Below, in pieces: positions 23,988-32,000 of a stretch of DNA of 32,000 nucleotides. A model generated the notes under the pieces. That model did no database searches and had not been told where the DNA came from. It was given only the letters and a program-made list of their open reading frames with translations. The DNA is taken from assembly GCF_900187275.1 (NCBI RefSeq), contig NZ_LT906458.1:450001-482000 (forward strand), read 5' to 3'. The DNA is from Pasteurella multocida. GTDB lineage: Bacteria > Pseudomonadota > Gammaproteobacteria > Enterobacterales > Pasteurellaceae. The translations under genes and the position numbers were made by a program. Positions within the stretch are counted from its first letter, which is position 1, and each line of letters starts with the position of its first letter.

Positions 23988-26600
23988 GTGTCAACAAAAA
24001 ATATCGATTATGATGATTTACAAGATATCGTCGCTTCAAGTGACACAGGAGGTCGTGATCCTGACGGTTTCCCGAAAAAATTAATTGCTGGTGTCGCGAT
24101 CTTATGGTCACTTTTTCAACTGTATTATGCTTCTCCTGCGCCATTTTGGTTGCAAGAGTTTTTGCGTAGTATTGGGGTCAATATCAATGTCGTTTTCGAT
24201 GATACAAAAGCCCGTTCTGTTCATCTTGCCTTTGCTTTATTTTTAGCTTATTTGTCTTACCCCGCCTTTAAATTTTCGCCGAAGCATCGTATCCCGTTAA
24301 CAGATTGGATCTTTGCTACCGCGGGAGCGTTTTTAGGATCGTACTACTTGTTCTTTTATGACGGCTTAGTGACACGTTTTGGCGCCCCAAACTTACAAGA
24401 TATTATTGCGGGTTGCATTGGCATTGTCTTATTACTTGAAGCGACACGCCGTAGCCTTGGTTTACCTCTAGTGATTATTGCGAGTATTTTTTTAACCTAT
24501 AACTATTTTGGGCAATATTTACCAACAGATTGGATCATTAGTCATCGTACAGGTTCACTTTCTCATATTATTAATCAACAATGGATTACTACAGAAGGGG
24601 TGTTTGGTGTGGCATTAGGGGTGTCCACTAAATATGTGTTCCTGTTTGTTCTCTTTGGGGCGTTATTGGATAAAGCAGGTGCCGGAAATTACTTCATTAA
24701 AAGTGCGTTTGCTTATTTAGGGCATTTGCGTGGAGGTCCAGCAAAAGCTGCGGTGGTGGCATCTGGTTTAACCGGCTTAATTTCGGGTTCTTCTATTGCC
24801 AATGTGGTCACAACAGGTACATTCACCATTCCTATGATGAAACGCGTCGGTTTTTCCGCGGAGAAAGCGGGTGCGGTAGAAGTGGCCTCTTCAGTGAATG
24901 GGCAAATTATGCCGCCTGTTATGGGAGCTGCCGCCTTTTTAATGATTGAGTATGTCAACATGCCATATAGCCAGTTGATTACGCATGCTTTTTTACCAGC
25001 GGTGATTTCATATATTGCACTGGTTTATATTGTGCACCTTGAAGCCTGTAAGATGAATTTACAAGGATTACCACGTACGGATGAACCAAAACCTTTTTTA
25101 AACACCTTACTTCGTGCATTAGGTACCTTTATTTTTCTTTGTGTGCTGTATTTTGCGGTTGAGTTTGGGCTAGGCTGGTTAAAAGTCGTCACGCCACATT
25201 ATGCATTCAGTATTGTGATTGCCTTACTGGCTGTCATTTATCTTTTATTATTGCGCCGTGTCGCGACATTCCCAGATCTTGAAATTGATGATCCGCATTC
25301 ACCTGTGGTGAAATTGCCGTCTGTTAGACCAACGATTAATGCGGGCTTACATTTCTTATTACCTGTGATTATTTTGATCTGGTGTTTAATGGTAGAGCGC
25401 TTATCTCCGGGCTTATCGGCATTCTGGGGCGCCTTATTCCTTATTGTGATTTTATTAACACAACGCCCATTATTAGCCTATTTCAGAAAACAGACTACTT
25501 TCCGTCGAGAGTTTAAACTCGGTTGGAACGATTTGGTGGAGGGACTCGAAGCCGGTGCCAGAAATATGATCGGAATCGGGATCGCTACTGCAACGGCAGG
25601 GATTATTGTTGGAGTAGTGTCACTAACTGGTTTTGGTGTGCAGCTTGCAACGATTATTGAAACGCTTTCAATGGGTAACATTTTCTTAATGTTATTATTG
25701 GTCGCTGGTTTTAGTTTGATTCTGGGGATGGGCTTGCCAACCACAGCAAACTACATTGTGGTGTCTTCTTTAATGGCAGTCGTGATTATTGAGGTTGGAC
25801 GCCAAAATGGCTTCATTGTGCCGTTAATTGCGGTGCATTTGTTTGTGTTCTATTTTGGTATTATGGCAGATGTCACGCCGCCTGTTGGTTTAGCTTCCTT
25901 TGCTGCATCGGCAGTATCAGGGGGAGATCCGATTAAAACGGGATTAACGGCTTTCTCTTATAGTTTACGTACTGCTATTTTACCGTTCTTGTTTATTTTT
26001 AATACTGACTTACTGTTAATTGATGTGAGTTTCTCGAAAGGCATTCTCGTCTTTATTACAGCCACGATTGGTATTCTCGCCTTTACAGCAGGGGCCGTCG
26101 GCTATTTCTTCCGTCGTAATAAATTATGGGAAAGCCTCGCTTTGTTTGTATTGGCTTTTGCTTTATTCCGTCCTGGTTTCTTCATGGAACATATTTCACC
26201 AACACAGCGTTATTTTGAACCAGCACAATTAACGCAAGAAGTACAACAAGCTTCGGTGGGTGATAATTTGACAATTAAAGTGTCGGGCTTAAATCCTTAC
26301 GGCAAGCAAATTGAATTCTATGCGCAATTGCCAATTGCAGAAGGACAAAGCGGTGAGGAACGTTTACAAAAAATGGGCTTGACCTTATTTGAACAAGAAA
26401 AACCAGAAGGCAAACAATTACTGATTGATGCTGTGGAGATTGATTCAATTGCAGCAAAAGTAGGATTGAATTGGGATCAAGTGGTGTTAGAAGGTTCAGT
26501 ACCTGTCAAAGATGCCCTTGCCAAAGAATGGTTATTTATTCCAACATTACTGTTATTGTTCATGTTAGCAATTTATCAACGTCGTCGTCAGCCAGCGTAA
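23988..26600 (+). CDS. TRAP transporter fused permease (small plus large subunit, DctQM type) with C-terminal extension
   Basis: ORF 23970-26600, 876 aa in the longest form, many TMs; SGLISGSSIANVVTTGTFTIPMMKRVGFS...VEVASSVNGQIMPPVMGAAAFLM; GMGLPTTANYIVV; GIMADVTPPVGLASFAA. GTG at 23988 follows AGGAG with good spacing and is the preferred start; ATG 23970 is the alternative. Confidence 0.93.
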   Translation: MSTKNIDYDDLQDIVASSDTGGRDPDGFPKKLIAGVAILWSLFQLYYASPAPFWLQEFLRSIGVNINVVFDDTKARSVHLAFALFLAYLSYPAFKFSPKHRIPLTDWIFATAGAFLGSYYLFFYDGLVTRFGAPNLQDIIAGCIGIVLLLEATRRSLGLPLVIIASIFLTYNYFGQYLPTDWIISHRTGSLSHIINQQWITTEGVFGVALGVSTKYVFLFVLFGALLDKAGAGNYFIKSAFAYLGHLRGGPAKAAVVASGLTGLISGSSIANVVTTGTFTIPMMKRVGFSAEKAGAVEVASSVNGQIMPPVMGAAAFLMIEYVNMPYSQLITHAFLPAVISYIALVYIVHLEACKMNLQGLPRTDEPKPFLNTLLRALGTFIFLCVLYFAVEFGLGWLKVVTPHYAFSIVIALLAVIYLLLLRRVATFPDLEIDDPHSPVVKLPSVRPTINAGLHFLLPVIILIWCLMVERLSPGLSAFWGALFLIVILLTQRPLLAYFRKQTTFRREFKLGWNDLVEGLEAGARNMIGIGIATATAGIIVGVVSLTGFGVQLATIIETLSMGNIFLMLLLVAGFSLILGMGLPTTANYIVVSSLMAVVIIEVGRQNGFIVPLIAVHLFVFYFGIMADVTPPVGLASFAASAVSGGDPIKTGLTAFSYSLRTAILPFLFIFNTDLLLIDVSFSKGILVFITATIGILAFTAGAVGYFFRRNKLWESLALFVLAFALFRPGFFMEHISPTQRYFEPAQLTQEVQQASVGDNLTIKVSGLNPYGKQIEFYAQLPIAEGQSGEERLQKMGLTLFEQEKPEGKQLLIDAVEIDSIAAKVGLNWDQVVLEGSVPVKDALAKEWLFIPTLLLLFMLAIYQRRRQPA

Positions 26601-26609
26601 GGAAAAACT

Positions 26610-27032
26610 ATGTTTAAGAAAATTTTAATTACTGCGGATTTAGGTCATTTAGAAGATGCAGAAAAGGCGGTGAAAACCGCCCTAGAAATGACACAAAATA
26701 ATCCTGATACGGTGTATCGTGTGATGAGTGTGGTGCCACCTTTTGGTAGCAGTTTTGTGTCCTCTTTTTTGCCGAAAAACTTCGATCAAGATGTTCTGAG
26801 TGAAGCCAATAAAGCCTTACACGCGTTTACTAAAAAGCATTTTCCTGAAGGGGCGAAAGTCCAACATATTTTAGCGCACGGTCCTGTTTATGAGGAAATT
26901 ATTCGGATTGCGAAAGAAAAAAATATTGATCTGATTATTATGATGGCAGTACGCGATAATAAAGAAGGATTGAGCTCGAATACTGTCAAAGTTGCGCGTT
27001 ATAGTGACAAACCGGTGTTGATCTTACGCTAA
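26610..27032 (+). CDS. Universal stress protein (UspA family)
   Basis: 140 aa; MFKKILITADLG...IIRIAKEKNIDLIIMMAVRDNKEGLSSNTVKVARYSDKPVLILR; 9 bp after the TRAP permease. Confidence 0.88.
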   Translation: MFKKILITADLGHLEDAEKAVKTALEMTQNNPDTVYRVMSVVPPFGSSFVSSFLPKNFDQDVLSEANKALHAFTKKHFPEGAKVQHILAHGPVYEEIIRIAKEKNIDLIIMMAVRDNKEGLSSNTVKVARYSDKPVLILR

Positions 27033-27046
27033 CGAGCCCTCAAAAG

Positions 27047-27079
27047 AAAATAGCTTGTTGAAAAACAAGCTATTTTTTT
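27047..27079. terminator. Bidirectional intrinsic terminator between convergent usp and ppnN
   Basis: AATAGCTTGTT gaaa AACAAGCTATT, 11-bp perfect stem with a GNRA-type loop; A-run 5', T-run 3'. Confidence 0.85.
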
Positions 27080-27083
27080 CTCA

Positions 27084-27093
27084 AAAGTGCGGT
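27084..27093 (+). repeat. Hin-type uptake signal sequence
   Basis: AAAGTGCGGT followed by TCTTTTTTTT. Confidence 0.85.
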
Positions 27094-27103
27094 CTTTTTT
27101 TTG

Positions 27104-28471
27104 CTATTTGACTAATTCATAGCAAGGCACATAATCATTTCCGTCAGGTAATTTCATGCGATGTTGAACAATAAAATCTTGTAAAACCTGATCGATTTTA
27201 TCCAAGAGTTCTGCATCCCCATGTAATTTAAATACCCCGTATTCTTCAATCGCATCTTGTGTTTCTGGTTTGATATTGCCTGCCACGATACCTGAGAAGG
27301 CGCGGCGTAAATTGGCGATCAGACCCAGTGTAGATTGATTACGGTGGAGATCAAGATTTGCCATATTTTCATGGGTAGGAATAAATGGTTGTTGGAAATC
27401 CGTTGGAATTTTCAGTGACCAATTAAAGCCATAAGCATCGCCGGTTTGATAGCGTTCCATTTTGACGTCATGCATCGTTTGGCTCATTTTTCTTGCCACT
27501 TTTACAGGGTCATCGATAATGATGTCATATAATGCTTGAGCTTCTTTACCTAATGTATCACCAATAAAGCGGTCAATCGTCGCGAAATAATCCGCACTTT
27601 CTTTTGGTCCCGTTAAAATTAAAGGTAATGTTTTGCCTTTATTTTCTTCTGCTAATTTGATGCCAAGAATATAAAGTAATTCCTCAAAAGTACCCGGTCC
27701 CCCTGGGAAAATCACAATGCCATGTCCCATACGCACGAATGCTTCAAGACGTTTTTCAATATCAGGCATAATAATTAATTCATTAACGATCGGATTAGGT
27801 GGCTCGGAAGCAATAATTGATGGCTCTGTAATCCCGATAAATCGGCTATGCTTATAGCGTTGGTTCGCATGACCAATTGCTGCCCCTTTCATCGGGGCTT
27901 CCATGACACCTGGTCCACAACCAGTGATAATATTCAATTCACGATGACCCAGTTCGGTGCCTACCGTACGACAATATTGATATTCCACTTGATTAATCGA
28001 ATGCCCTCCCCAACACACGACAAGATTTGGATGTTCACCAATCGGTAAGGCTTTAGCGTTACGCAAGATAGCAAACACCAAATTTGTGATGTGTTTACTG
28101 TCTTGAATATTGTCAGGGTTTAAACGTTGGCTCATCACATTGACAAATAAAATGTCACGCAGTACAGCAAACAAATGATATTGAATACTTCGAATAATGC
28201 GATCATCAACAAATGCTTCTTTGGGAGGATTATGTAGCTCAAGGGAAACACCACGTTCTCTTGCCACCAGATGAATATCAAAATCAGGGTATTTATTGAG
28301 CAATGCACGGCTATCATCCGTCACGGCACCAGAGTTTAAGACCGCCAGTGAACAATTACGATAAAGGGTATAAAGTTGACTTTTGGCTTTTTTGGTGAGT
28401 AGCTCGACCTCTAAATGAGAGAGCTGATCCATGCTTCCGCGTGGATTCACATAATAAATATTTTTATCCAT
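27104..28471 (-). CDS. ppnN: Pyrimidine/purine nucleotide 5'-monophosphate nucleosidase (PpnN/YgdH)
   Basis: 455 aa; [42 protein letters not shown]...[16 protein letters not shown] (LOG/lysine-decarboxylase-like PGGxGTxxE motif). Confidence 0.92.
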   Translation of the reverse strand: MDKNIYYVNPRGSMDQLSHLEVELLTKKAKSQLYTLYRNCSLAVLNSGAVTDDSRALLNKYPDFDIHLVARERGVSLELHNPPKEAFVDDRIIRSIQYHLFAVLRDILFVNVMSQRLNPDNIQDSKHITNLVFAILRNAKALPIGEHPNLVVCWGGHSINQVEYQYCRTVGTELGHRELNIITGCGPGVMEAPMKGAAIGHANQRYKHSRFIGITEPSIIASEPPNPIVNELIIMPDIEKRLEAFVRMGHGIVIFPGGPGTFEELLYILGIKLAEENKGKTLPLILTGPKESADYFATIDRFIGDTLGKEAQALYDIIIDDPVKVARKMSQTMHDVKMERYQTGDAYGFNWSLKIPTDFQQPFIPTHENMANLDLHRNQSTLGLIANLRRAFSGIVAGNIKPETQDAIEEYGVFKLHGDAELLDKIDQVLQDFIVQHRMKLPDGNDYVPCYELVK

Positions 28472-28479
28472 AATTTCTC

Positions 28480-29319
28480 CTATTGACGAGCCAAACGCTG
28501 ATTGTCTGGAACCGCTTCAAAGTTAGAACGGAAAGGATTGATATCTAATCCCCCTCGTCGAGTATAACGTGCATAAACAGTGAGCTTGTCTGGTTTAGCA
28601 AATTGCATGAGATCACAAAAAATCCGTTCAACGCATTGTTCATGAAATTCATTATGTTGACGGAAAGAAATAATGTAACGTAATAGTTTCTCACGATCAA
28701 TTTGTTTGCCTTCATAACGAATCTGGAGCGTGCCCCAATCCGGTTGATTGGTAATTAAACAGTTGGATTTCAGTAGGTGGCTGACGAGTGATTCTTTCAC
28801 CATTTGATCATGAGTGCAATTTGTTAAGATCTCGGGATTAAACTGATAGTCGTTAATTTCAATGTCTTGTTGATCGATACATTCACCGGCTAATTCTACA
28901 ATGGGTTCATGACAATACTTTGACAACGGGTGCAATTTGACGCTGACTTTCCCTTTAGCACAATTGCTGAGATCTTGCGTTAAATGCTGTTGTACTTCCT
29001 CGAATGTGGCAAATTTGCTTTGGTTGAAACTGTTTAAATACAATTTAAAGCTTTTTGATTCGATTAAGTTTTCACTCTGGAAATCAATCGCGACATCGGC
29101 AATGGCGACTTGTGGGAGCCCATTTAAGTTTAGCCAAGAAATTTCATAAGCCGTCCAAATATCGGCACCAAAATGAAAGGGCTGTGTATGCGTGATGCCG
29201 AGCGTATCCCGATTTAAGTGACGTGGGACGGGTTGTAATAAAGTGCGGTCATAATTTGAAGCATATTGTGTTTGTTGACCCAGTTTGAGTTTGTCTAAGC
29301 TATCGTGTTGATACTGCAT
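28480..29319 (-). CDS. queF: NADPH-dependent 7-cyano-7-deazaguanine reductase QueF
   Basis: [19 protein letters not shown]...[16 protein letters not shown]...[20 protein letters not shown]...[13 protein letters not shown]. Start trimmed to ATG 29319. Confidence 0.93.
   Translation of the reverse strand: MQYQHDSLDKLKLGQQTQYASNYDRTLLQPVPRHLNRDTLGITHTQPFHFGADIWTAYEISWLNLNGLPQVAIADVAIDFQSENLIESKSFKLYLNSFNQSKFATFEEVQQHLTQDLSNCAKGKVSVKLHPLSKYCHEPIVELAGECIDQQDIEINDYQFNPEILTNCTHDQMVKESLVSHLLKSNCLITNQPDWGTLQIRYEGKQIDREKLLRYIISFRQHNEFHEQCVERIFCDLMQFAKPDKLTVYARYTRRGGLDINPFRSNFEAVPDNQRLARQ
29240..29249 (+). repeat. Hin-type uptake signal sequence inside queF
   Basis: AAAGTGCGGT. Confidence 0.85.
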
Positions 29320-29362
29320 CTTACCTTCCTTCATACGAATAATTGAGCGCTCATCATTTAAT

Positions 29363-30148
29363 TCATTGCCAATGCCATGATAAATTGGAAACAAGGCGAC
29401 AATCATCACATTTAAAATAAAACAAGTCAAAAAGTGGTTGGGCTAATTGCCATTTTTTCTGACATTGCGGACAACAACGTTGTTGTTCTTGCGCTAAGCT
29501 GTTGCCACCAATACGGTATAAATAATAGTAAGTCGGGATACCGGTATGCCGTTCGATTTCGTTGACCAAATAGCGTCCGTGTTTTGATAAGGTACTCTTA
29601 GGTTCTGAAATCTCTGCTAAAGCATATTGTTCTAATATACTGCCATTCATTTGCAGTTGATCACACGCCTGCCAATTCTCTTGCCATTTAATCACATCCA
29701 TACTCAGATGCGGAATGTCTTTTAAAACACGATACAACGGGATTGGGCACATATCTTCACCGCTATGCAGTGGTGAGCAAGATTGTAAGTGGGTGGTATA
29801 TAATACTTGCCAACTCACTTTTTCGTGTTGACTGGTTTGATCCGCGTTGAGATCGTCGGCAATCACTTGAAAACTATCGAAAAAGAGACCGCACTTGGTT
29901 GCGTGAGTAAGTGCATTTTCTACTGTTTGATTATTGTATTCCGGCAATAAGCTTTGCTGTTCAGGACAGATCAAGCGGATAGCCAAGCCCTGTTGCTCTT
30001 CTAGATTGGCAATATATAACGGAATTTCACGCCCAATAATCTGTCCGTTATAGCGCCATTGATCAATGAGTTGATTGAGCAAATAAACGGGATCTTGTGT
30101 GACATCATCTGTTGGGGTATAGCGAAAAAATGCTTCGATAAGGTACAT
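29363..30148 (-). CDS. DUF2310 family Zn-ribbon-containing protein
   Basis: 261 aa; C-terminal [34 protein letters not shown] (CxxC...CxxC); full-length layout matches DUF2310 from memory. Confidence 0.75.
   Translation of the reverse strand: MYLIEAFFRYTPTDDVTQDPVYLLNQLIDQWRYNGQIIGREIPLYIANLEEQQGLAIRLICPEQQSLLPEYNNQTVENALTHATKCGLFFDSFQVIADDLNADQTSQHEKVSWQVLYTTHLQSCSPLHSGEDMCPIPLYRVLKDIPHLSMDVIKWQENWQACDQLQMNGSILEQYALAEISEPKSTLSKHGRYLVNEIERHTGIPTYYYLYRIGGNSLAQEQQRCCPQCQKKWQLAQPLFDLFYFKCDDCRLVSNLSWHWQ
29887..29895 (-). repeat. Uptake signal sequence core inside the DUF2310 gene
   Basis: ACCGCACTT, reverse complement of core AAGTGCGGT. Confidence 0.75.
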
Positions 30149-30278
30149 AGTGGCATAGGATAATCATAAAAAGTGATTCATTTTAATCAATTTTTGTAAA
30201 ATTGCCGCCTATTTTTTTACGTGATTGGCTTAAAAGAGGAAAATCCCCTAAAATAGCGGCTCATTTTTAAAGGAAGGA

Positions 30279-30596
30279 ATGCACATGCATCAACAAACAA
30301 AAATGCATTTACAACAGCTACAGTTGAATATGCAGTCATTAGGTTTATGGCAAATGACACCACCACCAGAAAGCGCTTTTTTAAGTGAACAACCTTTTGC
30401 GCTAGACACCATGAGCCCAACAGAATGGTTACAATGGATCTTTATTCCTCGTATGTATGCGTTAATCGAAAGTGAGGCAGGGTTGCCAAATAAAATCTCA
30501 ATTACGCCTTATCTTGAGGAGGCGCTGAAAGAAATGGATGGATTGGCTGATTTATTAAGTCCGATCAGCGAAATTGAAAAATTGCTGCAGAAATAA
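30279..30596 (+). CDS. yqcC: YqcC family protein
   Basis: 105 aa; LGLWQMTPPPESAFLSEQPFALDTMSPTEWLQWIFIPRMYALIE; directly upstream of truC, as in E. coli. Confidence 0.88.
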   Translation: MHMHQQTKMHLQQLQLNMQSLGLWQMTPPPESAFLSEQPFALDTMSPTEWLQWIFIPRMYALIESEAGLPNKISITPYLEEALKEMDGLADLLSPISEIEKLLQK

Positions 30597-30599
30597 GTC

Positions 30600-31331
30600 A
30601 TGACATTAGAGATTTTATATCAAGATCCATATTTGATTGCTGTAAATAAACCAGCAGGTATGCTAGTCCATCGTAGTTGGTTAGATCGGCATGAAACACA
30701 ATTTGTCATGCAAACATTACGCGATCAAATAGGGCAGCATGTTTATCCTATTCACCGTTTAGATCGACCGACTTCAGGTGTTTTACTTTTCGCATTAAGT
30801 AGCGAAGTGGCAAATTTATTGTGTCTTCAGTTTGAAAATAAGCAAGTGCAAAAAAGTTATTTAGCGATTGTTCGAGGATATTTAGTCGGTGAGGGACGGA
30901 TTGATTATCCACTGAAAGTACAATTAGACAAAATTGCGGATAAGTTTGCCCAAGATGACAAGGCGCCACAAGAAGCGGTGACAGATTATCTCGGGTTAGC
31001 TAAAGTTGAAATGCCGTATTGTGTGAAAAAGTACCCAACAACGCGTTATTCGCTTGTGCGTTTAATTCCGCATACGGGGCGAAAACATCAGCTGCGTCGT
31101 CACATGAAACACCTTTTTCATCCTATTTTGGGAGATACACAATATGGTGATTTACACCAAAATCGTGCATTAACCACTCATACGGGCGTGCAACGTTTAA
31201 TGTTACATGCGGAACGATTGATTTTTACACACCCGATAACACAGCAGCAGATCACGATCTGTGCGGGTGTCGATCAACAATGGCTCGATTTGATTAATAT
31301 TTTTGATTGGGATTTAAATTCCATACATTAA
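30600..31331 (+). CDS. truC: tRNA pseudouridine(65) synthase TruC
   Basis: 243 aa; VNKPAGMLVHRSWLD...VYPIHRLDRPTSGVLLFALS...YSLVRLIPHTGRKHQLRRHMKHLFHPILGDTQYG. Confidence 0.93.
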   Translation: MTLEILYQDPYLIAVNKPAGMLVHRSWLDRHETQFVMQTLRDQIGQHVYPIHRLDRPTSGVLLFALSSEVANLLCLQFENKQVQKSYLAIVRGYLVGEGRIDYPLKVQLDKIADKFAQDDKAPQEAVTDYLGLAKVEMPYCVKKYPTTRYSLVRLIPHTGRKHQLRRHMKHLFHPILGDTQYGDLHQNRALTTHTGVQRLMLHAERLIFTHPITQQQITICAGVDQQWLDLINIFDWDLNSIH

Positions 31332-31370
31332 GTATGGGTAACTGAATTTGTTTTTTCTAGGTGAAATGAA

Positions 31371-31535
31371 ATGTTAGATAATGCACTATTAGGTTTAACG
31401 CATGAGCAACAACAAGAGGCAGTTGAGAAAATACAACAGCTCATGGCTGAGGGGATGAGTTCAGGAGAAGCCATTGCATTTGTGGCACAAGAATTACGAC
31501 AAAAACAACAAAAATTAAATAATACACATTCTTAA
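31371..31535 (+). CDS. yoaH: YoaH family (UPF0181) small protein
   Basis: Not in the ORF track (54 aa): [54 protein letters not shown]; strong match to the YoaH pattern THEQQQ.AVE.IQ.LMA.GMSSG.AIA.VA.ELR. Confidence 0.9.
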   Translation: MLDNALLGLTHEQQQEAVEKIQQLMAEGMSSGEAIAFVAQELRQKQQKLNNTHS

Positions 31536-31740
31536 CTCGTTATGATTAAGTGAGGCGAATTGAGAAAACGTTTCCAAAATGCAAAAATTTTGTGATCTCG
31601 GTTTGATTTTAAACTATTTTTAATTGCCAAAAAGAGAAAATTCCTAGAAGATTACTCTGAATAAAATTTGGGTGGTAAGACAATCTTGTCTTATTAAAAT
31701 AAAAATAGTTAAAGTCGTTAGACGATTAGAGGTTTTAATT

Positions 31741-31950
31741 ATGGAAGTTGGTGTAGTTAAATGGTTCAATAACGCGAAAGGATTTGGATTCATTTCTGCA
31801 GAAGGAACAGACGCAGATATTTTTGCGCATTACTCAGTCATCGAAATGGAAGGCTACCGTTCATTAAAAGCGGGTCAAAAAGTACAATTTGAAGTCGTAC
31901 ATGGCGATAAAGGATCACATGCGACGAAAATTATTCCAATCGTTGAATAA
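31741..31950 (+). CDS. cspD: Cold-shock-like protein CspD
   Basis: 69 aa; MEVGVVKWFNNAKGFGFISAEGTDADIFAHYSVIEMEGYRSLKAGQKVQFEVVHGDKGSHATKIIPIVE, with RNP motifs KGFGFI and DIFAHYS. Start trimmed to ATG 31741. Confidence 0.9.
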   Translation: MEVGVVKWFNNAKGFGFISAEGTDADIFAHYSVIEMEGYRSLKAGQKVQFEVVHGDKGSHATKIIPIVE

Positions 31951-32000
31951 GGTTTTCTCTTAACATTTAGTCATCGTAACAAAAAAGACAAGGATGTAAC

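Noticed and set aside
24713-29149. ORFs 24713..24961, 25478..25744, 26275..26457, 27848..28048, 28135..28317 and 28937..29149
   Set aside because: Antisense to the TRAP permease, ppnN and queF; proline-rich or low-quality translations.
30217-30969. ORFs 30217..30420 and 30748..30969
   Set aside because: Antisense to yqcC and truC.

Overview
This 32 kb window looks like core chromosome from a Pasteurellaceae genome. It carries Hin-type uptake signal sequences (AAAGTGCGGT), and its 16S resembles Pasteurella multocida from memory (not verified by search). It holds one complete rRNA operon (tRNA-Arg/His/Pro, 16S, tRNA-Ile/Ala, 23S, 5S, terminator). Around it are housekeeping genes: mrcB, yacL, erpA, map, glnD, an EamA transporter, hemL, wecA, wzz-like, lysO, a YbjD/OLD-family nuclease, dinB, htpX, epmC, a yadGH-like ABC exporter, a TAXI-TRAP transporter with a universal stress protein, ppnN, queF, a DUF2310 Zn-ribbon protein, yqcC, truC, yoaH and cspD. 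I found no CRISPR array, integrase, transposase or obvious new multi-gene system. The points most worth a second look are: (1) a tRNA-Arg/His/Pro cluster that appears to sit inside the rrn leader, upstream of boxA; (2) an unannotated, frame-disrupted remnant downstream of 5S that weakly resembles chagasin/I42 protease inhibitors; (3) an intrinsic terminator between the TRAP binding-protein gene and its permease; (4) a PDZ-like C-terminal extension on the TRAP permease; (5) the OLD-family ATPase/TOPRIM protein; (6) a shared palindromic GAAAACGTTT(T)CCAAAATG motif at two distant sites. All ORFs reported inside the rRNA genes are judged spurious.
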